Source of the DNA: a virus
Taxonomy: Duplodnaviria; Caudoviricetes
Virus record (IMG/VR): IMGVR_UViG_3300025018_000091
DNA length: 64,000 bases
Direction: 5' to 3' (one strand)
This document shows positions 17,801 to 27,745 of the stretch, one piece after another. The translations under genes were made by a program, and so were the position numbers. The notes under the pieces are model-generated. The model searched no databases and had not been told where the DNA came from. It saw only the letters and a list, made by a program, of their open reading frames with translations. The first letter of the stretch is position 1. Every line of letters starts with the position of its first letter.

Positions 17801-18511
17801 GAAGAATCGCTTCATCTTAGATCGCTTTACGCTTTTTGCAAATCTTTTTATCTCTTCTACATTATTAATATCTAATAATGCTTGCTCGATTTTATCTACA
17901 TCAGATCTTTTAATCTTTTCAGCGAGTAATCTCATATATGTAAATGATCCTGATTCAATAATTAAATCTTCTACTAAATCAAAATCCTTTTTAGTTTTCA
18001 AATGTTTAGCTAATTCGAATAAATATCTTGGTTTTTTAGAGGCAATAATTATACTTTTAAACTTATTTACATCTACAGATTTAATATGTTTTATATACAT
18101 ATGCGCATATTTAACGTTTTTAGATTTAAGAATTAAAGATTCTAATGGTTTAAGATCAGCGCCCCGCACAAAACAAGCGAATTTACAAATATATTTAGTT
18201 TTGTTAGAATCTACAACAATCTTTTGAAGAGCCTTAATATCTGCATCCCTTATGTTCTGAGCAAACAAATAAGAGTATTTTGGATCTCTATTATTTATAA
18301 TTACTTGTTGCATCCTATATGGCTTATAATCATATTCACAAGTAAAGAAATAAGCCAGCGCAGAATCATTTGCAGTAATGATTTCATTTTGAAGATCTTC
18401 TAATGTTTTTTCATTATTAAAATTAGATTGATTCTTTTCTTCAACTCTTTTTATCCATCTTAATGAGTCTGCACTATAATCATTTTCAAACAGATACTTG
18501 TTCATACTCAT
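17789..18511 (-). CDS. Helical-repeat hypothetical protein
   Basis: Recurring YxxxFA/LA...D...LE..I units. Confidence 0.65.
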   Translation of the reverse strand: MSMNKYLFENDYSADSLRWIKRVEEKNQSNFNNEKTLEDLQNEIITANDSALAYFFTCEYDYKPYRMQQVIINNRDPKYSYLFAQNIRDADIKALQKIVVDSNKTKYICKFACFVRGADLKPLESLILKSKNVKYAHMYIKHIKSVDVNKFKSIIIASKKPRYLFELAKHLKTKKDFDLVEDLIIESGSFTYMRLLAEKIKRSDVDKIEQALLDINNVEEIKRFAKSVKRSKMKRFFLVM

Positions 18512-18596
18512 TTATATATCTGTATATTGGAGATTTAAATAATAAACCCCAGAACTATAAAAATTCCAGGGTTTATTGTATTAATACGGGTACATT

Positions 18597-18998
18597 TTAC
18601 GTAGTTTTTATTGGTATTTTCTTAGGCTCTTTAGCTTGTGGTAGCTGCTTTGCCTCAAGATTAATTGTTAATACGCCATCCTTTAACTCTGCTTTAAGCG
18701 TATCTATATCAGAATCTTCCGGTAACGTAAAACTCTTATTCATCATATAAGAGGAAGTTGGCGTTTTTCTCTCCCCCTTAATAGTAACAACATTGTCTTC
18801 TAATGATAAACTAATGTCTTCTTCTTTAATGCCAGGAATGTCTACGGACATTGAATACGTCCCGTCTTCATTCTTGGTTTGATGAACCCCTAGTGATGTA
18901 AAGAAGTTTTCGAAGAAGTTATCATTAAAAAAACTATCAAACACACTTCTTTGCTCCGAATTCTTAACCGGAACAAATGGATTCCAACGAACTATCAT
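18597..18998 (-). CDS. Small heat-shock protein (Hsp20)
   Basis: DIPGIKEEDI, TIKGER, FTLPE, AELKDGVLTI; SD GGAG before start at 18998. Confidence 0.93.
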   Translation of the reverse strand: MIVRWNPFVPVKNSEQRSVFDSFFNDNFFENFFTSLGVHQTKNEDGTYSMSVDIPGIKEEDISLSLEDNVVTIKGERKTPTSSYMMNKSFTLPEDSDIDTLKAELKDGVLTINLEAKQLPQAKEPKKIPIKTT

Positions 18999-19083
18999 AT
19001 TGATTCTCCTTATGTTTAGGTTATAGACCAAAACTATCTTGGTCCGAATTATATATATCAATTATTTTGAAACAGAATGTAGC

Positions 19084-20278
19084 TTAATAATTTTTTGAAA
19101 TTGAAAGTATCTTATCCAAGAAACTATCTCCCCACGTTCCTTCTTTGCGATTTACTGTAATAAAGTCTTTCATGTTTGAACACTTCCCATCAAACATAGC
19201 AAACATTGGCGAAGACCAAACATCTTTAAATCCATTCACCATTATAGCAAATGTCTTCTTATCTCCCGTATTAATTTGATCTGAAGCATATTTGAACGTT
19301 TTGTACGCTCTATCATAATCTTTAAGCATTGCAGCTACACCATGCTTAATGGTTACGATACGATCTACAATCTCGGGAGGTAATTCAGGTATAACGTCGT
19401 CTTCTTTGCCTGCTAGGACTAACTCTACACAGTTGCGTTCGGAAGTTCCTAGTATGTCTCTGGCTCGATTAAATGCCATGTATGATGCGTTCTTCATCTT
19501 CAGTCTTCTGAACTTAGAGTCACGAACAACTACACCTTCATGCTCCAATGGATTTTGGGTTGACACCCAATCCAATAGTTGGCTCACAGACGTGAACGTG
19601 TGTGCCTGTACGTGTGGCACTCCATACGTTTCAACATCATCAAGTTCTAACTCAAGAACACCAGGCATAAACATAGAACGAGCCGCGATCAAGGTAATTT
19701 TTGATTCATGATAATCAACTACAATTCTATTATAAGGAGAAGTAAGCTCAAAACAATACGTTACTCCCCTTCTAAGCTTTTCAGTAAATTCACTAAAATA
19801 CATACCATTAGTGTCTTTCAATGCCTTTTCAAACAAAGTTCTAAAGGTATAGAATCCACTATCAAGTGTAATGTCTGCTTCTGGTACAGAGCGAGTAGCA
19901 ACACACCATTCTTCAGTAAACTTATCATAATAAACAATTGTTAGTGTTCCATCTAATTTTTCAAGAATAGCCAGATTAGGATCAGACCAATCAACATCTG
20001 CGACTGCTCCTTGACCATAGTTAAAGAAACGATTCATTGGGTATGCAAGAACCATGGTTGGACCTGGTACAACGGAATCGTAAATATGACGTTCCATCCA
20101 AAGCAGACAAGATAAGCCCACGACACTCTTGTGCTAATGGATCAGACTCCTTTGCTTCAATCTGATCATAGTTCAGTGAGAACTTGTGACCAGATTTAGA
20201 AAATGAAGCGTAAACACCATGCTCTGCCGCAAGATTAGCAAATGAATGTGTCTCTAGATATTTTTGAACTAATAACAT
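19084..20278 (-). CDS. RNA ligase (T4 Rnl1-like), split by a frameshift near 20075-20090
   Basis: N part LNY...ECRGLIL; C part RFFNYG, EKLDG, FELTSPYNRIV, EGVV, KMKN. Confidence 0.88.
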
Positions 20279-20281
20279 TGT

Positions 20282-20533
20282 TTATTCTTTTGTACTTAAT
20301 ATTTCTTTTATTTCATCTATGTGTAATGATAAATCCTGTACTCCATATAACTCTTGAGCTAATCGGTCTAGTTGATAGATATCATGCTCTTTACACATCT
20401 CTTTCAACTCTTCAGCAGACACGTCATCAATTGTGTGAAGTTGCTGAGACAATTTACTAATTTGCTTTGACGTCTCGTCAACGTTAAGCGCTTGCGACAC
20501 ATCGCTTCTCTTTTTCAATACAACTAATTTCAT
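20282..20533 (-). CDS. Hypothetical protein
   Basis: First gene after promoter 20543-20570. Confidence 0.6.
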   Translation of the reverse strand: MKLVVLKKRSDVSQALNVDETSKQISKLSQQLHTIDDVSAEELKEMCKEHDIYQLDRLAQELYGVQDLSLHIDEIKEILSTKE

Positions 20534-20542
20534 CCTATATAC

Positions 20543-20570
20543 AATGTAAATTTTAGAAATAGGCGCGCAA
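20543..20570 (-). promoter_or_regulatory. Promoter TTGCGC-N16-TACATT
   Basis: Intergenic, conserved spacing. Confidence 0.7.
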
Positions 20571-20589
20571 GTTTAATAAATATGTGTAA

Positions 20590-21108
20590 TTATTTTGATT
20601 TCTTGAGTTCTCTGATCTGTTTCTCAAGTTGCTTAACTTGCTGTTCATTAAGCCATTCATTATAAACGGCTAATTCTTTTTCGTATTCTACCATTGCTTT
20701 ATCATACTCAATCATATCTTTTTGATATTTCTTTAGAGAATCTTGATAACTAGCTTCCTCAGCTTCTAAATCTCTTTCATATTTAGAAAAAGTAACATCG
20801 ATATACGGCATGGATTCCGATACATCAATGCTCAATATAATATCACATAACCTAGTTCCCGCAGGAGCAAGATCCAATATGTCTTGTAATGATAATCTTT
20901 GCCAATATCTTATATCTGGTTCAGAAGGCATCACCTCTTCTTGATCTTCAAAATATTCTTCTATTCGTTCTAAACCATAATCATCATCACCAAGCACAGA
21001 TATGTCTCGATAAATAACGCCAGCCGGTTTAGACTTATATAGTCTAGACATTAATCTTGTAGGTTCAGTTGGTTTATATGGTTTTCTTGGCGAGTATAAT
21101 CTATCCAT
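20590..21108 (-). CDS. Hypothetical protein with C-terminal coiled coil
   Basis: Heptad-like Y-rich repeat YQDSLKKYQKDMIEYDKAMVEYEKEL. Confidence 0.6.
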   Translation of the reverse strand: MDRLYSPRKPYKPTEPTRLMSRLYKSKPAGVIYRDISVLGDDDYGLERIEEYFEDQEEVMPSEPDIRYWQRLSLQDILDLAPAGTRLCDIILSIDVSESMPYIDVTFSKYERDLEAEEASYQDSLKKYQKDMIEYDKAMVEYEKELAVYNEWLNEQQVKQLEKQIRELKKSK

Positions 21109-21111
21109 AAC

Positions 21112-21405
21112 TTACTCCACAACTATCCATCTAATATCATCTGGCTCGATAACAGTTTCCATACCATCATACTCATCTATTCTATACTTGTTACCTTCAA
21201 TTGTTGTAACTTTTAAATTAGCATACATTGATGACGCCTCTTTACCAAGTTCTTCAACAACTTGAACAAAGCGAGGATCATGTCTTGGTATATTCCATAC
21301 AGAATATGAGTCTTTATAATCCACGCCCAAATCCTTTAGTTTTTGAAATGCTTTTTCGGAAACTCCGAATCCGCCATAGCAATCATTATATACTACTTTT
21401 ATCAT
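21112..21405 (-). CDS. Hypothetical phage protein
   Basis: KVVYNDCYGGFG...RHDP...IDEYDG. Confidence 0.7.
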   Translation of the reverse strand: MIKVVYNDCYGGFGVSEKAFQKLKDLGVDYKDSYSVWNIPRHDPRFVQVVEELGKEASSMYANLKVTTIEGNKYRIDEYDGMETVIEPDDIRWIVVE

Positions 21406-21574
21406 TTTAAAACTTACTTTCTTAGAGCCAACATAGGTCTATTAACTTTATGTTATTTCCCGTCAGGAATATCTATTCCGCGCCCATGAACAGCTCTACT
21501 TCTCATAGTTATTCTCCAGTATTTTGGAAATGAAGTATTCCAAATGCACAAACCACATTTTTTAAATAATAGCA

Positions 21575-22549
21575 TCAAAAATCTCCCCAATTAACTTGCC
21601 AACAATTAAACCCTAATTTATCTCTCCATAGCTGACAAACTTGTGTTCTATCATCAAGCACTAAAAAGACATTATACTTTCCAGCCACATGAGTTTGATA
21701 TAATTCTTCCTTGACAATAGCATCCTTCCTAGAATCACCAGTCTTCCTCATAATTAATGAGAATGGGAAACTGATATGCTTATTTAAGAAGGCTAGAGTT
21801 TGTGGTCTATATTGTTCATCTCTGCCAGAGCAAAAGATAATCTGATATCCATCGCTAGACAATCTTTCTAAGACCTCAGCGACAGGCTCGTTGAGCATAT
21901 CATTATCAGCCTTAAAAGCATCGTAAGGACTTCTCGCAGGAGCGCCCTTGTGACGAATCTCAACTGAACCATTCTTACGAATAGGATTGAATAACGAGAT
22001 GGTCCCATCTAAATCGCATAGAACTGCGAATTCTTTAGATAGATCTAGAGTAGTTTCTTCAGCAAAGTTAGCTTCATTAGTGCCAGCAACTCCGCACATT
22101 TGAATTCTACATTTGTAAAATTTGTGTTGAGTTCCACCAGATTGCTTCCACATCTTGCGAATAACAGCTTCAGGAATCAACGCAAACCCTTCGCGCTTTG
22201 CATTACGAGCAATTGATTCATCAAGCTCAATGTAGAATGCCTTTTCCATTACCATACACTCAACGCCAAGAGAATTGACAAGAGCACACACATCATCGAA
22301 ATTGCGACGGTTTAAGTTCGTATCATCAATGATGACATTTCTACCACTCTTTAGAGCAGTAGAGATGATATGATTTCTGGTTGCAATAATTATCTTTTCA
22401 TTATCTGGAGACCAAACATAATTAGACATCATCACACGAAGATCATCTCTATTGACCCTAACCGTGTTAGGATCTCTCTTGACTTCTTCTTTTGCCCACG
22501 TAGACTTACCAGAAGCGATAATACCTACCGTCATTATAACTTTTAACAT
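21575..22549 (-). CDS. pseT: Polynucleotide 5'-kinase/3'-phosphatase (T4 PseT-like)
   Basis: GIIASGKST P-loop, NRDDLR, DDTN; HAD DLDGT, SGR, LDDR, QVNWGDF. Confidence 0.92.
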   Translation of the reverse strand: MLKVIMTVGIIASGKSTWAKEEVKRDPNTVRVNRDDLRVMMSNYVWSPDNEKIIIATRNHIISTALKSGRNVIIDDTNLNRRNFDDVCALVNSLGVECMVMEKAFYIELDESIARNAKREGFALIPEAVIRKMWKQSGGTQHKFYKCRIQMCGVAGTNEANFAEETTLDLSKEFAVLCDLDGTISLFNPIRKNGSVEIRHKGAPARSPYDAFKADNDMLNEPVAEVLERLSSDGYQIIFCSGRDEQYRPQTLAFLNKHISFPFSLIMRKTGDSRKDAIVKEELYQTHVAGKYNVFLVLDDRTQVCQLWRDKLGFNCWQVNWGDF

Positions 22550-22559
22550 TTTTAATTAC

Positions 22560-23498
22560 TCACTTAAAAAAATCAGCTTGGTCTACGTATTGAATACCAG
22601 AACGAGTCGCAAATGTCTTATCACTAGTCATATCTCCAACAAAGATACAATCCTTGCGAGATAGCTTGTATTTAAGCATAAAATCAATAAACATACCTTG
22701 CATTGGCTTGCGACAATAACAAGAGAGTGGAGCTGACCTATGAGGACAGAACTTATATTCAATATCCAATCCTAATAGTTTATTTGTATGTTCAAACAAT
22801 TCAACAGCAGTTTCATGAGACAAATCACCTTTAGCTATACCACTTTGATTGGAAGCTCCAAGTAAGAGATATCCCTTATCCTTATAGGATTGTAGCACAG
22901 CTTGACGACCAAACATTAGTTTAATCTGATCTTTTGCAGTAGGATACTTTCCATTTCCTCCAACGCATTCACGAAGAGTTCCATCATAATCTACAATGAC
23001 AGCCTTATTCGTGAACTCTGGGTTATCCTTACGAACAAATGGTACAGTTTCAATTTTACTGAAGCCTTCAGCTAAGGTTGGCTTCTGAAATTCTTTTCTA
23101 TACTTGAATAATACCAGAGGAGGGAAAACATTCGTATGTTTTGCTTCTTTTATTGCTTCAGGGGTCGGGAACTTGCCAATAAGCCCGAAAGCTCGTTGAA
23201 TGACATTAAATGTTGCATCTTCAATAGAGGTGCCCATTAACATACAATTAATGGGCGCTCCATACTTCTTTGCCATTTCTAGAAATGGTTTTCTGCCCTC
23301 AACGGTAGGAAATAAATTATCCAGTACAACATCTTTATTATCTCTTAATAGGGCTTCCAATTTAGGAAGTAATGATGCTATCGTACCGCCTTCCGTATCT
23401 CTGTTCAAAGAAACAAATCCTTGTTGCTTAACAATAGAATTCGTGATGGTGCTTTTTCCTGATGCGGGCGCGCCGCATACTAATATAATTTTACTCAT
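22560..23498 (-). CDS. Second kinase plus HAD phosphatase (PNKP-like, class IIIA HAD)
   Basis: GAPASGKST; DYDGT, SNQSG, CRKP, VGDMTSD. Confidence 0.88.
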   Translation of the reverse strand: MSKIILVCGAPASGKSTITNSIVKQQGFVSLNRDTEGGTIASLLPKLEALLRDNKDVVLDNLFPTVEGRKPFLEMAKKYGAPINCMLMGTSIEDATFNVIQRAFGLIGKFPTPEAIKEAKHTNVFPPLVLFKYRKEFQKPTLAEGFSKIETVPFVRKDNPEFTNKAVIVDYDGTLRECVGGNGKYPTAKDQIKLMFGRQAVLQSYKDKGYLLLGASNQSGIAKGDLSHETAVELFEHTNKLLGLDIEYKFCPHRSAPLSCYCRKPMQGMFIDFMLKYKLSRKDCIFVGDMTSDKTFATRSGIQYVDQADFFK

Positions 23499-24300
23499 TT
23501 AAATATCTTTTTCTAAACTTTTTATCATATTTTGGTAGAAATTTTATTTTATTTTCAAAATATAACTTTAATATCTGATCATAAGTCAATACTTCTGGAT
23601 CTACAATTTCATAACTAAATGACTTATCTCTACAAAATCTCTTAGCAGCATTGCTTTTTGCAATAACTTTTGGTGAATTGTGTAACTTAGTTGGTTTTAT
23701 TTCTATAATTTTATTACCATTTATTATAAAATCTGGAATATAAGTTCTTTTCTTTCCCGCATGATCTAAATATGATATTCTGAATGTTTTATTTGGAATT
23801 GCCCAGCTTAAATTATTCTTCTCTATTATCAATATCATATAAGATAGTTCTCGAATAGATCTAAAAAACCACCCATTATACCATCCCGACCAACCATTTC
23901 CACTACCTTGTGGTGATGGTTTACCAAACATTGGATTACCTTCACCAGAATTTCTTTTTGACAGTTTAGATTTAAAATCATTTAACTTTTGGTCCGCAAT
24001 ATTCTTTCCATATTTTTCTAACCAAATATCATATAATGGGCGATTATTTGTGACCTTTAGTAATTGTTGTTTTGCTTGCTCTTTTTGTTCATTAGTAAAT
24101 TGTCTCTCTGTAGATTGAAATTTACTCATTTTTTGTTTTGATTCAACTGTGTGTTTCTTATTAAAAAAGTGATTATTCTTACCACTTTGCATACAAGATC
24201 TACAAACAGAATTCTTTTTTAATGCAACAGCAAAACTACACTTATGCTTATAAAGAATTTCTTTATCACATTTAGGGCAATTCCTTCTATACTCACTCAT
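23491..24300 (-). CDS. NUMOD3/TnsA-like PD-(D/E)XK homing endonuclease
   Basis: KKHTVESKQKMS, NPMFGK, FRSIRE, YIPDF, IEIKP. Confidence 0.85.
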   Translation of the reverse strand: MSEYRRNCPKCDKEILYKHKCSFAVALKKNSVCRSCMQSGKNNHFFNKKHTVESKQKMSKFQSTERQFTNEQKEQAKQQLLKVTNNRPLYDIWLEKYGKNIADQKLNDFKSKLSKRNSGEGNPMFGKPSPQGSGNGWSGWYNGWFFRSIRELSYMILIIEKNNLSWAIPNKTFRISYLDHAGKKRTYIPDFIINGNKIIEIKPTKLHNSPKVIAKSNAAKRFCRDKSFSYEIVDPEVLTYDQILKLYFENKIKFLPKYDKKFRKRYLNE

Positions 24301-24373
24301 ACTAATATGAAAGAATATTAATAGACAGAGGCAGGATACCCCATTACCATTGTGATCTTACTCATGTTTTGAC

Positions 24374-24703
24374 TTAATCCTTAATTACTAACTGCAATAA
24401 TGTTTCAAGCATTGCAACCGAATGCATGCCTACTTTTGTTTGTACATCCTTGCCACCCTTAAAAAACATCAATGTTGGTACACTACGAATACCATATCTC
24501 GATGCTATCTCAGGGGACTCATCAACATCAACCTTACATACTTTTACTCTATCAGCATTTCCACTTACGAAATTTTCAAGGATAGGAGTTTGTCGTTGGC
24601 ATGGTCCACACCAAACAGCACTAAAGTCAACTAAAACTGGCTTATCAGAATCTAAAACCTCAGCAGAAAAATTGCTGCTGTCAATGTGTAAAATTGCGCT
24701 CAT
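24374..24703 (-). CDS. trxA: Thioredoxin
   Basis: WCGPC, VRSVPTL-type cis-Pro motif. Confidence 0.95.
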   Translation of the reverse strand: MSAILHIDSSNFSAEVLDSDKPVLVDFSAVWCGPCQRQTPILENFVSGNADRVKVCKVDVDESPEIASRYGIRSVPTLMFFKGGKDVQTKVGMHSVAMLETLLQLVIKD

Positions 24704-24721
24704 ATAGCTACCTCACTAAAC

Positions 24722-24749
24722 AATATATATTTTTTAAAATTAAAGTCAA
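24722..24749 (-). promoter_or_regulatory. Promoter TTGACT-N16-TATATT
   Basis: Intergenic, upstream of thioredoxin. Confidence 0.7.
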
Positions 24750-24758
24750 GGGTGGTGC

Positions 24759-25868
24759 TTATTTTTTTATAGTAATGTTCTCATTTAGTTTTGAAAACAA
24801 ATTGAAGAATGGTTTACATTCATACAGTTTATTATGAGTAATCATTTCAAAATCAAAAGAGTTATAAAGTCCCATTACTTGAACTTCATGATCGACATTA
24901 TTTTGGATTAGAAAGTTACATAAATTTTCTAAAGCATAAAATTTCTTTTTTGATTTTGTATCGTCTAAAACCTTTTGTTTTGCAAAATAACAAGCTGTTA
25001 CTACAAACACCACCTTTTCTGTTGGAGTCAGTTCGTGGTAGTTTAGATTCATTTCTCCAGATTCGATTAAAGAATAAACATACGGCTCGAATTTTCTATA
25101 GTGTTCATACCAAATTTTGAATCTTAATCCGGCTTCGCCACCCACAAATCCAGAAATAATTTGAGTAACGGAGTCAATATCTACAATTTTTAATTCTTTT
25201 GCTTGATTCAATGCATCTGAGGCAAGTGTCCATCCACGAGGAGATGGGCTTGCATAAACTAAATCTTCTATTTTGCCACAAGCAAATTCTGGATTACTAC
25301 GAAGAAATCCTAAAATTAAATCGTGAACGTCATGTATCTTCGCCCAATCTATCCACTTCTCAAAATTAAAAGAAAGAATATATTTAGCACCACGATCTAA
25401 TAATGCAGAGCTAACTAAATTAGAATTAGCTCCTTCATTAATAAGATTGCCCGTAAGAATACTAGAGATGACATTGATTCGTTTACCATTAATCTTACCA
25501 AACTGTAATATTTCTAATAATGGAGCAGTAACTTCACAAGGTGCTTTGTCTACTTCATCAAATAATATTATACTATCAGCTTCTTCACCATCATTTAATT
25601 TAGGTAAGAAAAATGGCGACTTAAAAGTCACCATGTCGCCTGGAGCATTAATATCTGGATATCCCGCTAAGTCTGGTCTCTCAATGACACTTAGGTTAAT
25701 ATAATTAACTTTAATATTACATTCCTTGGCTGCCTGAATAATAATCTCAGTTTTACCAACACCACGTCTACCAAAAAGAAATAAGTTCTTCTTGGATTTT
25801 ATAAAAAATTTCCCTAAGTTAAGTGCTTGTTCTTGATCAATCTCTGGTAAATTAAGTAAGTTATTCAT
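24759..25868 (-). CDS. MoxR-like AAA+ ATPase
   Basis: GRRGVGKT, LFDEVDK, TGN, ALLDR, SPRGW. Confidence 0.9.
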   Translation of the reverse strand: MNNLLNLPEIDQEQALNLGKFFIKSKKNLFLFGRRGVGKTEIIIQAAKECNIKVNYINLSVIERPDLAGYPDINAPGDMVTFKSPFFLPKLNDGEEADSIILFDEVDKAPCEVTAPLLEILQFGKINGKRINVISSILTGNLINEGANSNLVSSALLDRGAKYILSFNFEKWIDWAKIHDVHDLILGFLRSNPEFACGKIEDLVYASPSPRGWTLASDALNQAKELKIVDIDSVTQIISGFVGGEAGLRFKIWYEHYRKFEPYVYSLIESGEMNLNYHELTPTEKVVFVVTACYFAKQKVLDDTKSKKKFYALENLCNFLIQNNVDHEVQVMGLYNSFDFEMITHNKLYECKPFFNLFSKLNENITIKK

Positions 25869-25910
25869 GATTCCCTTTAAATATCACTTATCTATATAAC
25901 ATAAGTTATG

Positions 25911-26843
25911 TCACATAAAGGGAGCAAAACTCTTCATATCTTCATATTTCTTGTTCTTGATTATAAATTTGTCAATTAAATCTCTATTTCCACTCATACG
26001 AGCGCTTGAAACCAAGGCTTTTAATATGCTTTTTCTATTGAAAACCTCTCCCATCTCTACTAATAGAAATGTGTTATCTTCTTGAACCGCCCGGTCAAAT
26101 ATATATTTAATTGTTTTAGGTATCTTTTTATGTTTTCTAAAAATGCATTCTCTTAATGCTGGATAATTCAAAAATGTAATTGAAAGCGGAGAATGTTGAA
26201 TAGCTTCACAAAGACCACTTTCATCATTGAGATGTTCATGAATATATTTATAGACTCTCTCATTAGATACTTTCTCCATTACATTATTATATATTGGAGA
26301 TCCAACTAATAGAATATTTACTAATAAATCATTAATTATAGCAGGTTTAAGTTCATTTAAGAACATCATAGATCTTATTTGACCCTGTGTCAAATCACCG
26401 AAACTTTCAAAAACAAACCTGCATAATTCTGGCACACTGTACTTTGTATTATCGGCTATATCCTCTATATAATAAAGAGCATCACTAATAATTAAATCTG
26501 ATAAATAATTCGCTAAATCATATCTCAAGGGTCTAATTGATCTTGGATCATTATTTAAAATGAAATAAAGATATTTACGATTAAAGTTTTTATGATATAA
26601 CCAAATAATAACTTCATTAAGTTTAGCACTAATCGTGAGGTGTTTAATATTATTTTCACCAATATTTTTGAGAAAAGTAATTAATCTATCTGGTTTAACA
26701 TGTTCTTTTTTTAATCTCTTGACAAAATAAGAAGTAACTTCAGAACCATCTAAATCTTCTCGATAAAAGAAGAATTCTTTTATTTTATCATTAGAGACGC
26801 CGGATTCTTCTAATTGTCTTAATAAATTAAGCAATACAGACAT
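25911..26843 (-). CDS. Hypothetical protein
   Basis: 310-aa co-oriented ORF. Confidence 0.65.
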   Translation of the reverse strand: MSVLLNLLRQLEESGVSNDKIKEFFFYREDLDGSEVTSYFVKRLKKEHVKPDRLITFLKNIGENNIKHLTISAKLNEVIIWLYHKNFNRKYLYFILNNDPRSIRPLRYDLANYLSDLIISDALYYIEDIADNTKYSVPELCRFVFESFGDLTQGQIRSMMFLNELKPAIINDLLVNILLVGSPIYNNVMEKVSNERVYKYIHEHLNDESGLCEAIQHSPLSITFLNYPALRECIFRKHKKIPKTIKYIFDRAVQEDNTFLLVEMGEVFNRKSILKALVSSARMSGNRDLIDKFIIKNKKYEDMKSFAPFM

Positions 26844-27393
26844 TAAGGTGTTCTGAATTTTTTGAGAGTATGAATAAGAATCTTTGCAATATTATTCGCA
26901 TCATCACCACCACGATGATGTGTTCCCTCTAATGGAATATTTAACATCTTCAACGCCTTGTCCATCCCAGGCTCGCGGTCAAGACCATGTAAGACGGTGA
27001 AAGTATTTTTTAAATTCATATGACGCTTGCCAAAGGGGTATTGACAACGATACTCCGAACAACATCGATGAAACATAGAATAATCATAATCGCCCCAGCT
27101 TACCATTGTCTTATTAAAAGATTTATAATTATCCACTAATCTTTTACATGCCTGTTGATAAGTCATAGCAGTTGTTAACATATCTGGCGAGATAGATGTT
27201 AAATTAATACAAAAATCACTCTGAACAGAACGCTGAGGCTTTATTAAAATAGATTCGTTAGATAAGATTGTAGCTTATTAATATCAACAAGGCTAACACC
27301 AATCTCAATTATCTCAGATATTTCATTAGCAGGTTTAGAATCCTGCGGCTCCCAACAAGTTGATTCAACGTCAACGACTAATACTTGACTCAC
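26843..27393 (-). CDS. DEDDh 3'-5' exonuclease (ERI1/KapD-like), frameshifted at 27268-27269
   Basis: GTG start; VVDVESTCW, IIEIG upstream; SWGDYD, HHRGGDDA downstream; adding one A joins the frames. Confidence 0.85.
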
Positions 27394-27742
27394 TCTTTAT
27401 CTCCCTTTCTATTAAAACTTCTTCTTCTATAGCAGATTCAAATCTATATTTAGATTCATCTGTTTTAATAAACTGATCTGCTTTTAAGTATTCAATTCTA
27501 GATAATAGTTTTTCAAACATATCATCTTCTATGTTCTTGGCGTTCTTCGCTATAAATGAAAGTATTTCCTTTGAAGAATCTGATGTATATTTAATTCTAG
27601 CCAGCATTGCAATTTCTTTTTTTAATTGGCGAGTTCTTCTCCAATTCCTAATAGGAAAATATAAAAATAGCCAAAAGAACAACGCAATTATTACAAATAT
27701 AGCAATAGCTTCAAGAATTACTGTAAATAATATCGCAAACAT
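27371..27742 (-). CDS. Membrane-anchored hypothetical protein
   Basis: Hydrophobic N-terminal segment. Confidence 0.6.
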   Translation of the reverse strand: MFAILFTVILEAIAIFVIIALFFWLFLYFPIRNWRRTRQLKKEIAMLARIKYTSDSSKEILSFIAKNAKNIEDDMFEKLLSRIEYLKADQFIKTDESKYRFESAIEEEVLIEREIKSESSISR

Positions 27743-27745
27743 AAT

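Noticed and set aside
19026-19044. RNA thermometer in the Hsp20 leader
   Set aside because: The GACCAA/TTGGTC hairpin does not cover the SD (AAGGAG) or the start codon.
21455-21575. Possible 40-aa ORF (MLLFKKCGLCIW...) or ncRNA in the gap after the PNK gene
   Set aside because: Too short and motif-free to support; no clear RNA fold.
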